Source of the DNA: Armatimonadota bacterium
GTDB taxonomy: Bacteria; Armatimonadota; Zipacnadia; Zipacnadales; UBA5352
Direction: 5' to 3'
Assembly (NCBI GenBank): GCA_034722055.1
Contig: JAYENL010000219.1
Location: 1 to 27,681 of the forward strand
Length of the DNA stretch: 27,681 nucleotides
Shown: one piece after another, positions 1 to 8,133 of the stretch
Layout: each line of letters opens with the position of its first letter
Position numbering within the stretch: position 1 is the first letter of the stretch
Notes under the pieces: generated by a model
Seen by the model: only the letters and a program-made list of their open reading frames with translations
Databases searched by the model: none
Told to the model about the DNA's origin: nothing
Made by a program: the position numbers and the translations under genes

Positions 1-1688
1 AGCCGCTGGCGCGCCTGCTCGCGGTCCTCCCCATGCCAGTCATCGATGAACTGCTCGGGCAGCACCACGAAGGCACCGTCGCCGAACGCCACGCGCCTGT
101 CGCTGGCATCCCCGATCACGTCCGTCAGGGCGGCTCGCTCGCGCTCCTCATAGTCCTCGTCCCGCGTCCCCGTCTCCCCCACCAGCACCACCGTGGCGCC
201 CTCCCGCGCCAGGCGCTTGAGCACTCGCGCGTGCCGGTCGCTCATGCAGTCGGCGGCGGGCACGATGATGACACGGTAGCGTGCGAGGCGGTCGAGCTGC
301 ACGCTGTCGTCGAACACGTCGCGATGGCCGAAGATGATCGCCTCGTAGGGAATGTGCAGGTCCTCGAGCATGCGGAAGAAGTTGCTGACCAGGCCCTGGT
401 TGGCGATCCCGGTCCGCAGCGACGAGAAGCTGCGCCAGTAGTGGCTGGGGAAGTTCCAGACGACGGCGACGTCGGCGAGCTGCTCCCGGCGCGTGAACAG
501 CGGCCGGTAGTCGCCCGCCAGGCCGAAGTACTCGCGGTTCACCTCGTAGCGGGGGCCCGACGTCTCCCCCATACCCCACAGCCCCACCACGAAGCCGCCG
601 TTGCTGAAAGCGTCCGAGTACACCACCGCCTGCGCCAGGCGGCTGTCGGGGTGCGAGTGGCCCGGATACTCGATCGTCCAGACGGGCTTGCGGAAGTCGC
701 CGGCGGCGCGCCCCACCTTGTAGAACATGGCGGCCGTGGCCGTCGTGGTGTGCCCGAAGGGCGGCTGCACGCAGCCGCCCTCGATCCACACCACGTCCGT
801 GTACTGCGACTGTATCGTGGCATACGGCGAGGTGCCCCAGGCCCCCCACTGGTTGCCGTAGACGGCCGGGATGGGCAGGCCCTCGTTCGCCGCCCGCCGC
901 TTCGCCGCCGTGGCACAGTCCAGCCAAGCCTGAAGATGCGCGAAGTACATGAACCGGATGTACTCCCGCACCAGGCGATCCTCCAACGCCTCCTCGGTGG
1001 TGCCTCGCTCCAGCAGATCGCTGACGTAGGTGCGCATATGCACGTCCGAGACCCTATCCACGCCCATCCCCGCAAGCTGCGCGCGGTCGTAGCGGTCGCG
1101 CAGCCAGCGCTGGAACTGTCGGTTCGCCCAGTCCGAGAAGTTCCCGTTGCCCTTGATCAGCGGCACGCCGATGTTGTCCTGCGTCACGCTGTCGCCAAAC
1201 GGAGCCACCCGGGCCATCCCCTGCTTGACCACCTCGTGCCACTTCGGCGCCAGGTGGGTCATGAACTGAGCGCCGCCGTAGCGGTCCTCCGGGAAGTGCG
1301 CCACCGAGCCGTCGAGCGTGATGGCGATGCCGTTGTTCTCGAACAGCGCCACCGTGTCCGGGCGCGAGAACTGCAGCGCCTCCTGGTACTCGTACTCCTC
1401 CGGCGCCGAGCAGCGGATCCCCCGGTGGCGGAAGAACTTCCCAGCATTCATCGACATCCCGCAGTACCAGTCGAGCATGTCGAGGTCGAAGTCCCGCAGC
1501 AGCGTCTCACGGTGTTCGCGACCCATGTAGGGCATAGCGAGGACCGCCACGTCGTTGACCCAGTCCACCGCCGCCGGGTCCCACAGCTCCGGCGGCATCT
1601 GCTCGTGCAGCCGCTGGGCGCCCGTCTGCGCAATGGCACCGCCGGCCGCAAGGGTGCAGCACAGGAGCGTGGCAGTGAGGGGCTTCAT
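1..1688 (-). CDS. Secreted GH42-like glycoside hydrolase with beta-galactosidase trimerisation (class I GATase-like) domain; 3' end runs off the window
   Basis: Translated by hand because it is absent from the ORF track (no stop in window). ATG at 1688 follows GAGGTG (complement of 1695-1700). Signal peptide MKPLTATLLCCTLAAGGAIA-Q. Open frame with GC-rich third positions to the window edge. C-terminal ADVAVVWNFPSHYW..FRMLEDLHIPYEAII..LARYRVIIVPAADCMSD..LAREGATVVLVGETGTRDED matches the GH42 trimerisation-domain pattern. NFSDWANRQFQRWLRDRY resembles the GH42 F..WL..RY segment. Confidence 0.8.
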   Translation of the reverse strand, partial: MKPLTATLLCCTLAAGGAIAQTGAQRLHEQMPPELWDPAAVDWVNDVAVLAMPYMGREHRETLLRDFDLDMLDWYCGMSMNAGKFFRHRGIRCSAPEEYEYQEALQFSRPDTVALFENNGIAITLDGSVAHFPEDRYGGAQFMTHLAPKWHEVVKQGMARVAPFGDSVTQDNIGVPLIKGNGNFSDWANRQFQRWLRDRYDRAQLAGMGVDRVSDVHMRTYVSDLLERGTTEEALEDRLVREYIRFMYFAHLQAWLDCATAAKRRAANEGLPIPAVYGNQWGAWGTSPYATIQSQYTDVVWIEGGCVQPPFGHTTTATAAMFYKVGRAAGDFRKPVWTIEYPGHSHPDSRLAQAVVYSDAFSNGGFVVGLWGMGETSGPRYEVNREYFGLAGDYRPLFTRREQLADVAVVWNFPSHYWRSFSSLRTGIANQGLVSNFFRMLEDLHIPYEAIIFGHRDVFDDSVQLDRLARYRVIIVPAADCMSDRHARVLKRLAREGATVVLVGETGTRDEDYEERERAALTDVIGDASDRRVAFGDGAFVVLPEQFIDDWHGEDREQARQR

Positions 1689-1860
1689 CTGTGACACCTC
1701 GTGTTGTGCGTCGCACGACGAATCTGCCTGGTCCGGCTCGACTTCGGCGACCGCCGCCCCGGAACCTTCGCCCGGTTGCGTGAAGGGACCAGCCGGCCGG
1801 GCGGGGAAGCCGGCGACCGTGCATCAGATGAGCGTCACCTATCTCGATGGAGCGATACAG

Positions 1861-4731
1861 ATGAAGACCCTCAGGCCCACGCATTCGTCCGTGGCTGTCG
1901 CGCTCTCCTGCATGACGCTGCTGGGGCTCTCGTCGTTGGGTGACGGGGCATGGGCGGCCGCCAAGCAGCGGAGCATCCTCTACCCCCCGGAGCTGACTGA
2001 GGCGGCTCGTAGCAACGCTGCCACCTACCCCTGGGCGGCGAGGGCGCGCCAGGGGATCGTGGAGGCGGCCCGCCCCTGGATGAGCATGTCCGACGACCAG
2101 CTCTGGGACCTGATGTTCGGCAGCACGATTACGCGCTCGTGGATGGTGTGGTCCAACGGCGTCTGCCCCGCGTGCGGCGAGGACGTGCCGATGTACAACT
2201 GGGAGATCGACGCCATCGAGCGGCCCTGGAAGGTCCGCTGCCCGCACTGCGGGGAGGTCTTCCCGAAGAACGACTTCCACGCCTTCTACCTCTCGGGCCT
2301 CGACGAGCACGGCGTCTTCGATCCCGAACGCGCCGACCGCTCGCTGCTGTTCAATGTCGAGCACCCCGATCCGGAGGATCCCCTGCACGGCTTCGGGGTG
2401 GATGACGGCGAGGGCTACGTGGACGGTGACCGCCGCTGGCGCTTCATCGGCGCCTACCTCATCTACGGGCAGTGGAAGCAGGCCGTGCTGGGCGGCATAC
2501 GCAATCTCGCCGCCGCCTACGTCGTCACCGGCGATCCCGCCTACGCCCACAAGGCCGGCATCCTGCTCGACCGCGTGGCGGACCTGTATCCCACCTTCGA
2601 CTTCAAGACCCAGGGGCTGGTGTATGAGCGGGGTGGCTCGAACGGCTACGTGTCGGTGTGGCATGACGCCTGCGAGGAGACCCGGGAGCTGGCGCTGGCC
2701 TACGATCAGGTCTTCGAGGCCCTCCGCGATGACGCCCGGCTTGTGGACTTCCTGTCGGAGAAGGCGGCGCAGTTCGGGCTCGAGAACCCCAAGGCCAGCT
2801 TCGAGGACATCCAGCGCAACATCGAGGGCGGCATCCTGCGCGACGCCCTCGCTAACCGCCACAAGATCGCCTCCAACTACCCGCGGACCGTCATCGCCAT
2901 CGCGAACATGGAGGCCATCCTGGACTGGCCTGCCAGCGGCGAGGAGGTTATGGGCCTCATCGACGGCTTCCTCACCAGATCCACCGCCGTTGACGGCGTG
3001 ACGGGCGAGAAGGGCCTCGCCAACTACTCCGCCTTTGGCCTCCAGAGCATAGCGCTTTTCCTCGCCAGGTGGGAGCGCGCCATGCCCGGCTTCCTGGCGG
3101 AGACGCTCCAGCGCCATCCGCGTCTGCACGACACCTACCGCTTCCACATCGACACCTGGTGCCTCAACAGATACTACCCGCTCTCGGGCGACAGCGGCTG
3201 GTTCGCGGCGGAGATGGACCAGTACCAGGGGGTGCGCTTCCGCCGCCCCGGACGCGAGCAGAAGTACAGCCACAAGGACCCTGGCCTCGCCCCCTCCATG
3301 TTCACCTTCATGTGGCGCATGTACCAGCTCACCGGCGATCCGGCCTTCGCGCAGGTGCTCTACCTGGCGAATGACAGGCAGGTCCGCGGTTTGCCATACG
3401 ACCTGTTCGCGGCGGACCCGGCCGCGATGCAGCAGGGCGTGCGGGAGGTCATCGACCGTGCCGGGGCCGAGCCGAGACCCCCCAGCCTCAACAAGCACCA
3501 GTGGCATCTCGCCATCCTGCGGTCGGGCCGGGACGAGCACAGGCGCGCCGCGTGGCTGGACTACGACTCCGGAGGCGGGCACGGTCACCGGGACGGAATG
3601 AACCTGGGGCTGTTCGCGCGGGGCCTGGACCTGATGCCGGAGTTCGGCTATCCCCCGGTGCAATTCGGGGGCTGGGGCTCGCCGAAGGCGAACTGGTATC
3701 GGATGACCGCAGGGCATAACACCGTCACCGTGGATGGCGCCAATCAGGCCAACGCGGCCGGCCGCACGACGCTGTGGGCCAACGGCCGGGCGGTCAAGGT
3801 TGTGCGCGCCTCCGCGCCCGGCATGATCGGCGGCGAGCAGTACGAGCGCACTGCCGCGCTGGTCGATGTCTCGGACACCGACTGCTACCTGATCGACCTC
3901 TTCCGCGTGGTGGGCGGCACCGATCACGCCAAGTTCACGCACAGCCACTATGGCGAGGTCGCCACGACGGGCCTGTCGCTGGCGCCCGGCGAGGAGTACG
4001 GGCACGGGACGCAGATGCGCAACTTCATGACCGATCCCGACCCGGCCCCGGGCTGGACGGTTGACTGGAAGGTGCATGACCGCTACGGCCTGCTGCCCGG
4101 CGGCGCCGACGTCCACCTGCGCTACACCGACCTCACCTCGGACGCCGAGGCCAGCGTCGCCGAGGCCTGGGTGGTGGCGGGAATCTACTCCAGCAGCGAG
4201 ACCGCCTGGATCCCCCGGGTGATGGTCCGCCGCCGCGCCGAAGAGCCGCCCCTGGCCTCCACGTTCGTGAGCGTGATCGAGCCCTACGAGGGCGCCTCGA
4301 GTATCAGCGGCATCCGCCGACTGCCGCTCGAGACGCCGGATCACAGTGCCTATCCCGGCCCCAACGTGGCCATCGAGGTGCAGCTCGCCGACGGCCGCCG
4401 CGACCTGTTCGTCAGCGGCGATGTCGAGAACCCGCGGGGCCTGACGCCCGCAATCGGTCGGGATAGCGCAGCGCTGCACCAGCCCGATCTGGGCCTGACG
4501 CTCGATGGCGAGTGGTGCTTCGCGCGCCTCGACCCGCGCGGCGGCATCGAGCGACTGGCCCTCTCCCGCGCGCGGTCTGTGCAGATCGCTGATGTACGCG
4601 TGGAGCTTGAGAGTCCCGATGACGACCTGGTGGAGATGGCGTTCGACGATGGCGAGCCATCGCTGGCGCGAGGCAGGGCCGCCCACGTCCGGCGGCTCAC
4701 CGTGGGTGGCAACGAGGTCGCGCTGCCGTGA
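1861..4731 (+). CDS. Secreted heparinase II/III-like polysaccharide lyase (alpha-helical toroid plus Hepar_II_III C-terminal domain), 956 aa
   Basis: ATG 1861 after GGAG. Signal peptide MKTLRPTHSSVAVALSCMTLLGLSSLGDGAWA. Motifs LAAAYVVTGDPAYA, GHGHRDGMNLGLFARGLDLMPEFGY and WYRMTAGHNTVTVDG are typical of heparinase II/III-family proteins. The upstream extension to 1555 overlaps the divergent gene and is not used. Confidence 0.85.
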   Translation: MKTLRPTHSSVAVALSCMTLLGLSSLGDGAWAAAKQRSILYPPELTEAARSNAATYPWAARARQGIVEAARPWMSMSDDQLWDLMFGSTITRSWMVWSNGVCPACGEDVPMYNWEIDAIERPWKVRCPHCGEVFPKNDFHAFYLSGLDEHGVFDPERADRSLLFNVEHPDPEDPLHGFGVDDGEGYVDGDRRWRFIGAYLIYGQWKQAVLGGIRNLAAAYVVTGDPAYAHKAGILLDRVADLYPTFDFKTQGLVYERGGSNGYVSVWHDACEETRELALAYDQVFEALRDDARLVDFLSEKAAQFGLENPKASFEDIQRNIEGGILRDALANRHKIASNYPRTVIAIANMEAILDWPASGEEVMGLIDGFLTRSTAVDGVTGEKGLANYSAFGLQSIALFLARWERAMPGFLAETLQRHPRLHDTYRFHIDTWCLNRYYPLSGDSGWFAAEMDQYQGVRFRRPGREQKYSHKDPGLAPSMFTFMWRMYQLTGDPAFAQVLYLANDRQVRGLPYDLFAADPAAMQQGVREVIDRAGAEPRPPSLNKHQWHLAILRSGRDEHRRAAWLDYDSGGGHGHRDGMNLGLFARGLDLMPEFGYPPVQFGGWGSPKANWYRMTAGHNTVTVDGANQANAAGRTTLWANGRAVKVVRASAPGMIGGEQYERTAALVDVSDTDCYLIDLFRVVGGTDHAKFTHSHYGEVATTGLSLAPGEEYGHGTQMRNFMTDPDPAPGWTVDWKVHDRYGLLPGGADVHLRYTDLTSDAEASVAEAWVVAGIYSSSETAWIPRVMVRRRAEEPPLASTFVSVIEPYEGASSISGIRRLPLETPDHSAYPGPNVAIEVQLADGRRDLFVSGDVENPRGLTPAIGRDSAALHQPDLGLTLDGEWCFARLDPRGGIERLALSRARSVQIADVRVELESPDDDLVEMAFDDGEPSLARGRAAHVRRLTVGGNEVALP

Positions 4732-4807
4732 CCCTGCGCCCGGCGCCGCTGCCGCACAACGCGGCGGGGACGAGAGACGGTCGCCACTGACCGCGGAGGT
4801 GCGCATG

Positions 4808-7657
4808 ATGACGAGCCCATGGGACTATCGCATGGCGTTTCGCGCCACGCTGGGCCTCAGCCTGGCGGTCGTGCTGCTGGCCGGCGGGAGTTGCTCGCTG
4901 GCCGAGGAGCGCCTCGTCAGCAGCTTCGAGGGCGAGGCGGAGCTGGGAGACTGGGAGATCTCGGCCTCAGGGGCCAGGCTGGTCGAGGAGGGCGTCACGC
5001 ACGGACAGCGCGCGCTGGAGATGACCTTTGACCCCGAGGGGCGCTGGTACCCCGTGACCATGTTCTGGAACCGCGTCATCCGCGACTGGTCCCCCTGGGA
5101 TGCGCTGGTGGTGGACGTGTACAACCCCCTCGACCGCCCCATCCAGGGCGCGCTGCTGGTCGCCGATCAGGCCTGGGCGGATGCCGGGAGGTCGTACTGG
5201 AATCGCCACAACTCCACCATCACCTTCGCGCCGGGGCAGGGCCAGTGGATCATCCCCATTCGCGGCCTCTACCGGGGCGAGGCCGGCAGCCGCAACAGCG
5301 ACATCAAGCGCAACATCGACATCGACCAGATCGTGCGGCTGGACCTGAACTTCGGCGGCAAAGGCGAGACCGGCCGCGTCATTGTGGACAACATCCGCTT
5401 CGTTAGCGTGGAGCGACCCGAGGGCGTGTGGGCCTTTGACCTCGGCCCACCCAGCCAGCCGGTGATGCTGGGCTGGACGGAGGTCTCGAACCAGACGGGG
5501 TACACTGCCGACCGCGGCTACGGCTGGGGGCCGCAGGGCGGGTCGCCCTGGAACGGGGCGGCCCGCGACACCACCTTCGGCACCACTCTCACCCGCGACT
5601 TCTGCGAGGCCGGCGGCTACAACTTCCACGTGGACGTGCCGCCGGGCGAGTACGAGCTGCTAGTCATCTACGAGAACAGCGGCTACTGGGGTGGCGAGCA
5701 GGCCACGCACAGCCACCGCACGATCAGCGTGGGCGGCGCGACGGTCTGGGAAGAGCAGCGGCCGCTGGGCGCCTCCACGCCGCTGTATCGCTTCGAGGAG
5801 GTGGAGCCCATCGGCGTGGACATCTGGGAGACCTACATGGCCGCGGAGCTGGCGAAGCCCATCCGGTTCCGGGCGCAGGCGGGCGAGGCCGGCCTCACGC
5901 TGCACTTCGAGGCGGACGAGGTCTGGGGCAGCAAGGTGTCCGCGCTGGCTCTGCACCGCGCCGGCGACGCGGATGCGGCACAGTGGCTCGACGAGCAGAT
6001 GACCACGCTTGCCGACCAGTTCCGGGCCCAGGCGGTCTGCCTCGACCCCGAGCCGCAGGCCTTCGAGGCGCCGCAGGCGTGGGCGGAGCGAGGGCTGGTG
6101 GCCTGGCCCGTGCGGATCTCGGATACCATCGCGCCCTACGACACGCCAGAGGATCTCACGCGGCCCGAGGACCTGCGGCTGTCGGCCGACGCCGTCAGGG
6201 GGGAGTACGAGCCGGTCTGCATGGCAGTCCGGCCGGTGGCGGACCTGGGGACGTGCGGGCTGCACCTCGACGCCCCCACGAAAGCCGGCCTGTCTGCTGA
6301 GGTCCGGGTGGTGCGCTACAACACCAGCCGCGGCTTCGGCACCATCGCCTATCACATCCGGCCGCACACGCTGCGCCTCGAGGACACCATCGACCTGCCC
6401 GCGGACGTCACGCGCCAGTTCGTGGTGACCTTCCGGGTGGGGGAGGACGCCGCTCCCGGCGTGCATGAGGCGACGCTGAGGCTGACGAGCCGTGACGGCG
6501 CCGAGCTGCTGTCGGTGCCCATCGCGCTGACCGTCCATGACGTCACGCTCAGCCGCGACACGGAGTTCCTGATGGGCTTCTTCGGCCTCATGCCGCCGGG
6601 CAAGCTCCTGCCGGGCGAGGCCTCCGACGAGGCCCTCGAGCAGAGCCTCGCCATCCTCCGCGAGCACGGCATGAACGCCCTCTCCGGCGGGCCGAGCTGG
6701 CGATTGACGGGCTGGCAGGAGGGCCGGCCGCTGGTGGACTTCGGCCAGGTCGATGACTTCTTCGCACTGTGCCGCGAGCACGGCTTTGACCGGCCCATCA
6801 ACGGCTACGGGGGGCTGCGCTTCATCGGACTGCATCGCCGCTACCAGAAGGGAGATGTCGGCGAGCAGGTGGAGCAGGAGAGCGGGCTCGACTACCCCGA
6901 GGCCCTCATGCGCGCCTGGGAGGTCGTCCACGAGCACGCCCGCGCCAACGACTGGCCCACCATCTTCTACGCCATGTGCGACGAGACGCGCGTGGCCGAG
7001 ACAGCACGGCGGGAGCTGGAGTTCATGCGCATGATGGCGGAGGTGAGCGAGCGCTTCCCACAAACCGTGCGCACCAGCGGCTCCTACAGCGTCCACTTCC
7101 GCGACCGCCCCACGGACGAGAGCGACCTGCTGCTGTGGCACCAGCGCTTCTTCGAGGCCCTCGACATCAGCTCCCTGAACCGCCATGACGAGAGCGTGAT
7201 GGCGGAGGCCGACCGCCTCGGCAAGCAGATCCACATCTACAACCAGGGCCGCAGCCGCTATTCCTTCGGCCTGTATCAGTGGAGCGAGTTCCAGAAGGGT
7301 GTCCGCGCCCGCTGGCAGTGGCACTTCAACATCCTGCACGGCTACCAGTTCTTCGACCTCGACGGCCGCGAGCCGGACACCGCCATGGTCTGCTATGGCC
7401 GCGACGGCCTCTACCCCACCATCCACTTCGAGCGCTGCCGGGAGGGCGCGGAGGACTTCTACCTCTACCAGACCCTCCACGACGCCATCCAGGCCAACCT
7501 GCAGGCGGGCCGCAAGCCCGAGGAGACCGCCGCCGCGCAGCAACTTCTGCGAACCGCTACCGACACCGTTGGACTGAACCAGCGCACGCCACCCGAGGGC
7601 TTCGACCCGCTGGCCTTCAAGCTCCAGGTCATCCATGCGCTGGAGCAGATTCAGTAA
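4808..7657 (+). CDS. Secreted multidomain protein: N-terminal CBM-like jelly roll, galactose-binding-like module, and C-terminal GH123/DUF4091-like catalytic domain
   Basis: GGAGGT at 4795-4800 with ATGs at 4805 and 4808 (alternative 4832). Signal peptide LGLSLAVVLLAGGSCSLA. DWSPWDALVVDVYNP..IVDNIRF is CBM-like. AFDLG..GYTADRGYGW..FHVDVPPGEYEL is a galactose-binding-like module. AVRGEYEPV, FYAMCDE and PTIHFERCREGAEDFYL resemble GH123/DUF4091 proteins. Confidence 0.75.
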   Translation: MTSPWDYRMAFRATLGLSLAVVLLAGGSCSLAEERLVSSFEGEAELGDWEISASGARLVEEGVTHGQRALEMTFDPEGRWYPVTMFWNRVIRDWSPWDALVVDVYNPLDRPIQGALLVADQAWADAGRSYWNRHNSTITFAPGQGQWIIPIRGLYRGEAGSRNSDIKRNIDIDQIVRLDLNFGGKGETGRVIVDNIRFVSVERPEGVWAFDLGPPSQPVMLGWTEVSNQTGYTADRGYGWGPQGGSPWNGAARDTTFGTTLTRDFCEAGGYNFHVDVPPGEYELLVIYENSGYWGGEQATHSHRTISVGGATVWEEQRPLGASTPLYRFEEVEPIGVDIWETYMAAELAKPIRFRAQAGEAGLTLHFEADEVWGSKVSALALHRAGDADAAQWLDEQMTTLADQFRAQAVCLDPEPQAFEAPQAWAERGLVAWPVRISDTIAPYDTPEDLTRPEDLRLSADAVRGEYEPVCMAVRPVADLGTCGLHLDAPTKAGLSAEVRVVRYNTSRGFGTIAYHIRPHTLRLEDTIDLPADVTRQFVVTFRVGEDAAPGVHEATLRLTSRDGAELLSVPIALTVHDVTLSRDTEFLMGFFGLMPPGKLLPGEASDEALEQSLAILREHGMNALSGGPSWRLTGWQEGRPLVDFGQVDDFFALCREHGFDRPINGYGGLRFIGLHRRYQKGDVGEQVEQESGLDYPEALMRAWEVVHEHARANDWPTIFYAMCDETRVAETARRELEFMRMMAEVSERFPQTVRTSGSYSVHFRDRPTDESDLLLWHQRFFEALDISSLNRHDESVMAEADRLGKQIHIYNQGRSRYSFGLYQWSEFQKGVRARWQWHFNILHGYQFFDLDGREPDTAMVCYGRDGLYPTIHFERCREGAEDFYLYQTLHDAIQANLQAGRKPEETAAAQQLLRTATDTVGLNQRTPPEGFDPLAFKLQVIHALEQIQ

Positions 7658-7735
7658 CCCGCGGTCGCGACGAGCGCCGCACAGCGGTGGGTGCGAAGGC
7701 AGCCCGCAGACAACGACGAACCACCGGGCTGGAGC

Positions 7736-7807
7736 GTAGGCCCGCCCCTCGGAGACCTCCGGTCTCAACGGCATGAACGGCGGGCCGGACAGTGGTCCGG
7801 CCCCTCC
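7736..7807. repeat. REP-like palindromic unit (GTAG-tagged) with nested hairpins
   Basis: GTAG at 7736. GGCCCGCC (7739-7746) pairs with GGCGGGCC (7779-7786) and encloses hairpin GAGACC-TCC-GGTCTC. An overlapping 9-bp hairpin GGGCCGGAC-AGTG-GTCCGGCCC (7782-7803) is followed by CTCC. Confidence 0.55.
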
Positions 7808-7814
7808 ATACGGC

Positions 7815-8053
7815 CTTACCTTTGGAGACATTCGGTCTCATGCGGAGGGCTGTTGGCCGTGGAGGGGCCGTTTGCGGGCGCTTCTCAGGAGCGCGCGAAG
7901 TCGGCCCGCTGCAGGCGAAGTGACGCAATCGGCGGCCCGGACGGCCAACGGCCGGGCCGGCTTCGGCTCCAGCAAACAACGCTGGAGCCTTAGGCGGCCC
8001 CTCCGGACGGCAGACAGCGAATCGCCACTCGCCACGATGTGCGTAAAGGTAAG
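7815..8053 (+). repeat. Structured intergenic repeat element, copy 1 (MITE/REP-mosaic-like or structured ncRNA)
   Basis: Ends CTTACCTTT (7815-7823) and AAAGGTAAG (8045-8053) are inverted. Blocks 7842-7870 (29 nt) and 7995-8041 (47 nt) are identical to copy 2. Nested stems inside. Confidence 0.85.
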
Positions 8054-8074
8054 TCCGGAACGGAGAGGGGGAAA

Positions 8075-8091
8075 GCCCGACGCAGTCGGGC
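8075..8091 (-). terminator. Possible intrinsic terminator for the minus-strand gene ending at 8134
   Basis: GCCCGAC-GCA-GTCGGGC 7-bp GC stem about 40 nt past the stop codon. Only TTT follows on the minus strand, so the U-tract is weak. Confidence 0.35.
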
Positions 8092-8133
8092 AGGGGGTGA
8101 TGCCCGCCGTTGCTGCGCGGGGACAGGCTCAGG

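Noticed and set aside
33..1694. 553-aa plus-strand ORF
   Set aside because: Antisense shadow of the real minus-strand gene (1688 to the edge), which has an RBS, a signal peptide and recognisable motifs. The shadow product is Arg/His/Val-rich with no motif.
1507..4806. 1099-aa minus-strand ORF (also 5660-7831, 11959-13740, 13821-15635, 16643-18469, 20144-21454)
   Set aside because: Long antisense ORFs are expected opposite genes with strong GC3 bias. None has protein-like features.
7860..8010. Cloverleaf-like fold suggesting a tRNA or tmRNA
   Set aside because: No TTC-R-A T-loop, D-loop, 7-nt anticodon arm geometry or CCA end, and it is too long for a tRNA.
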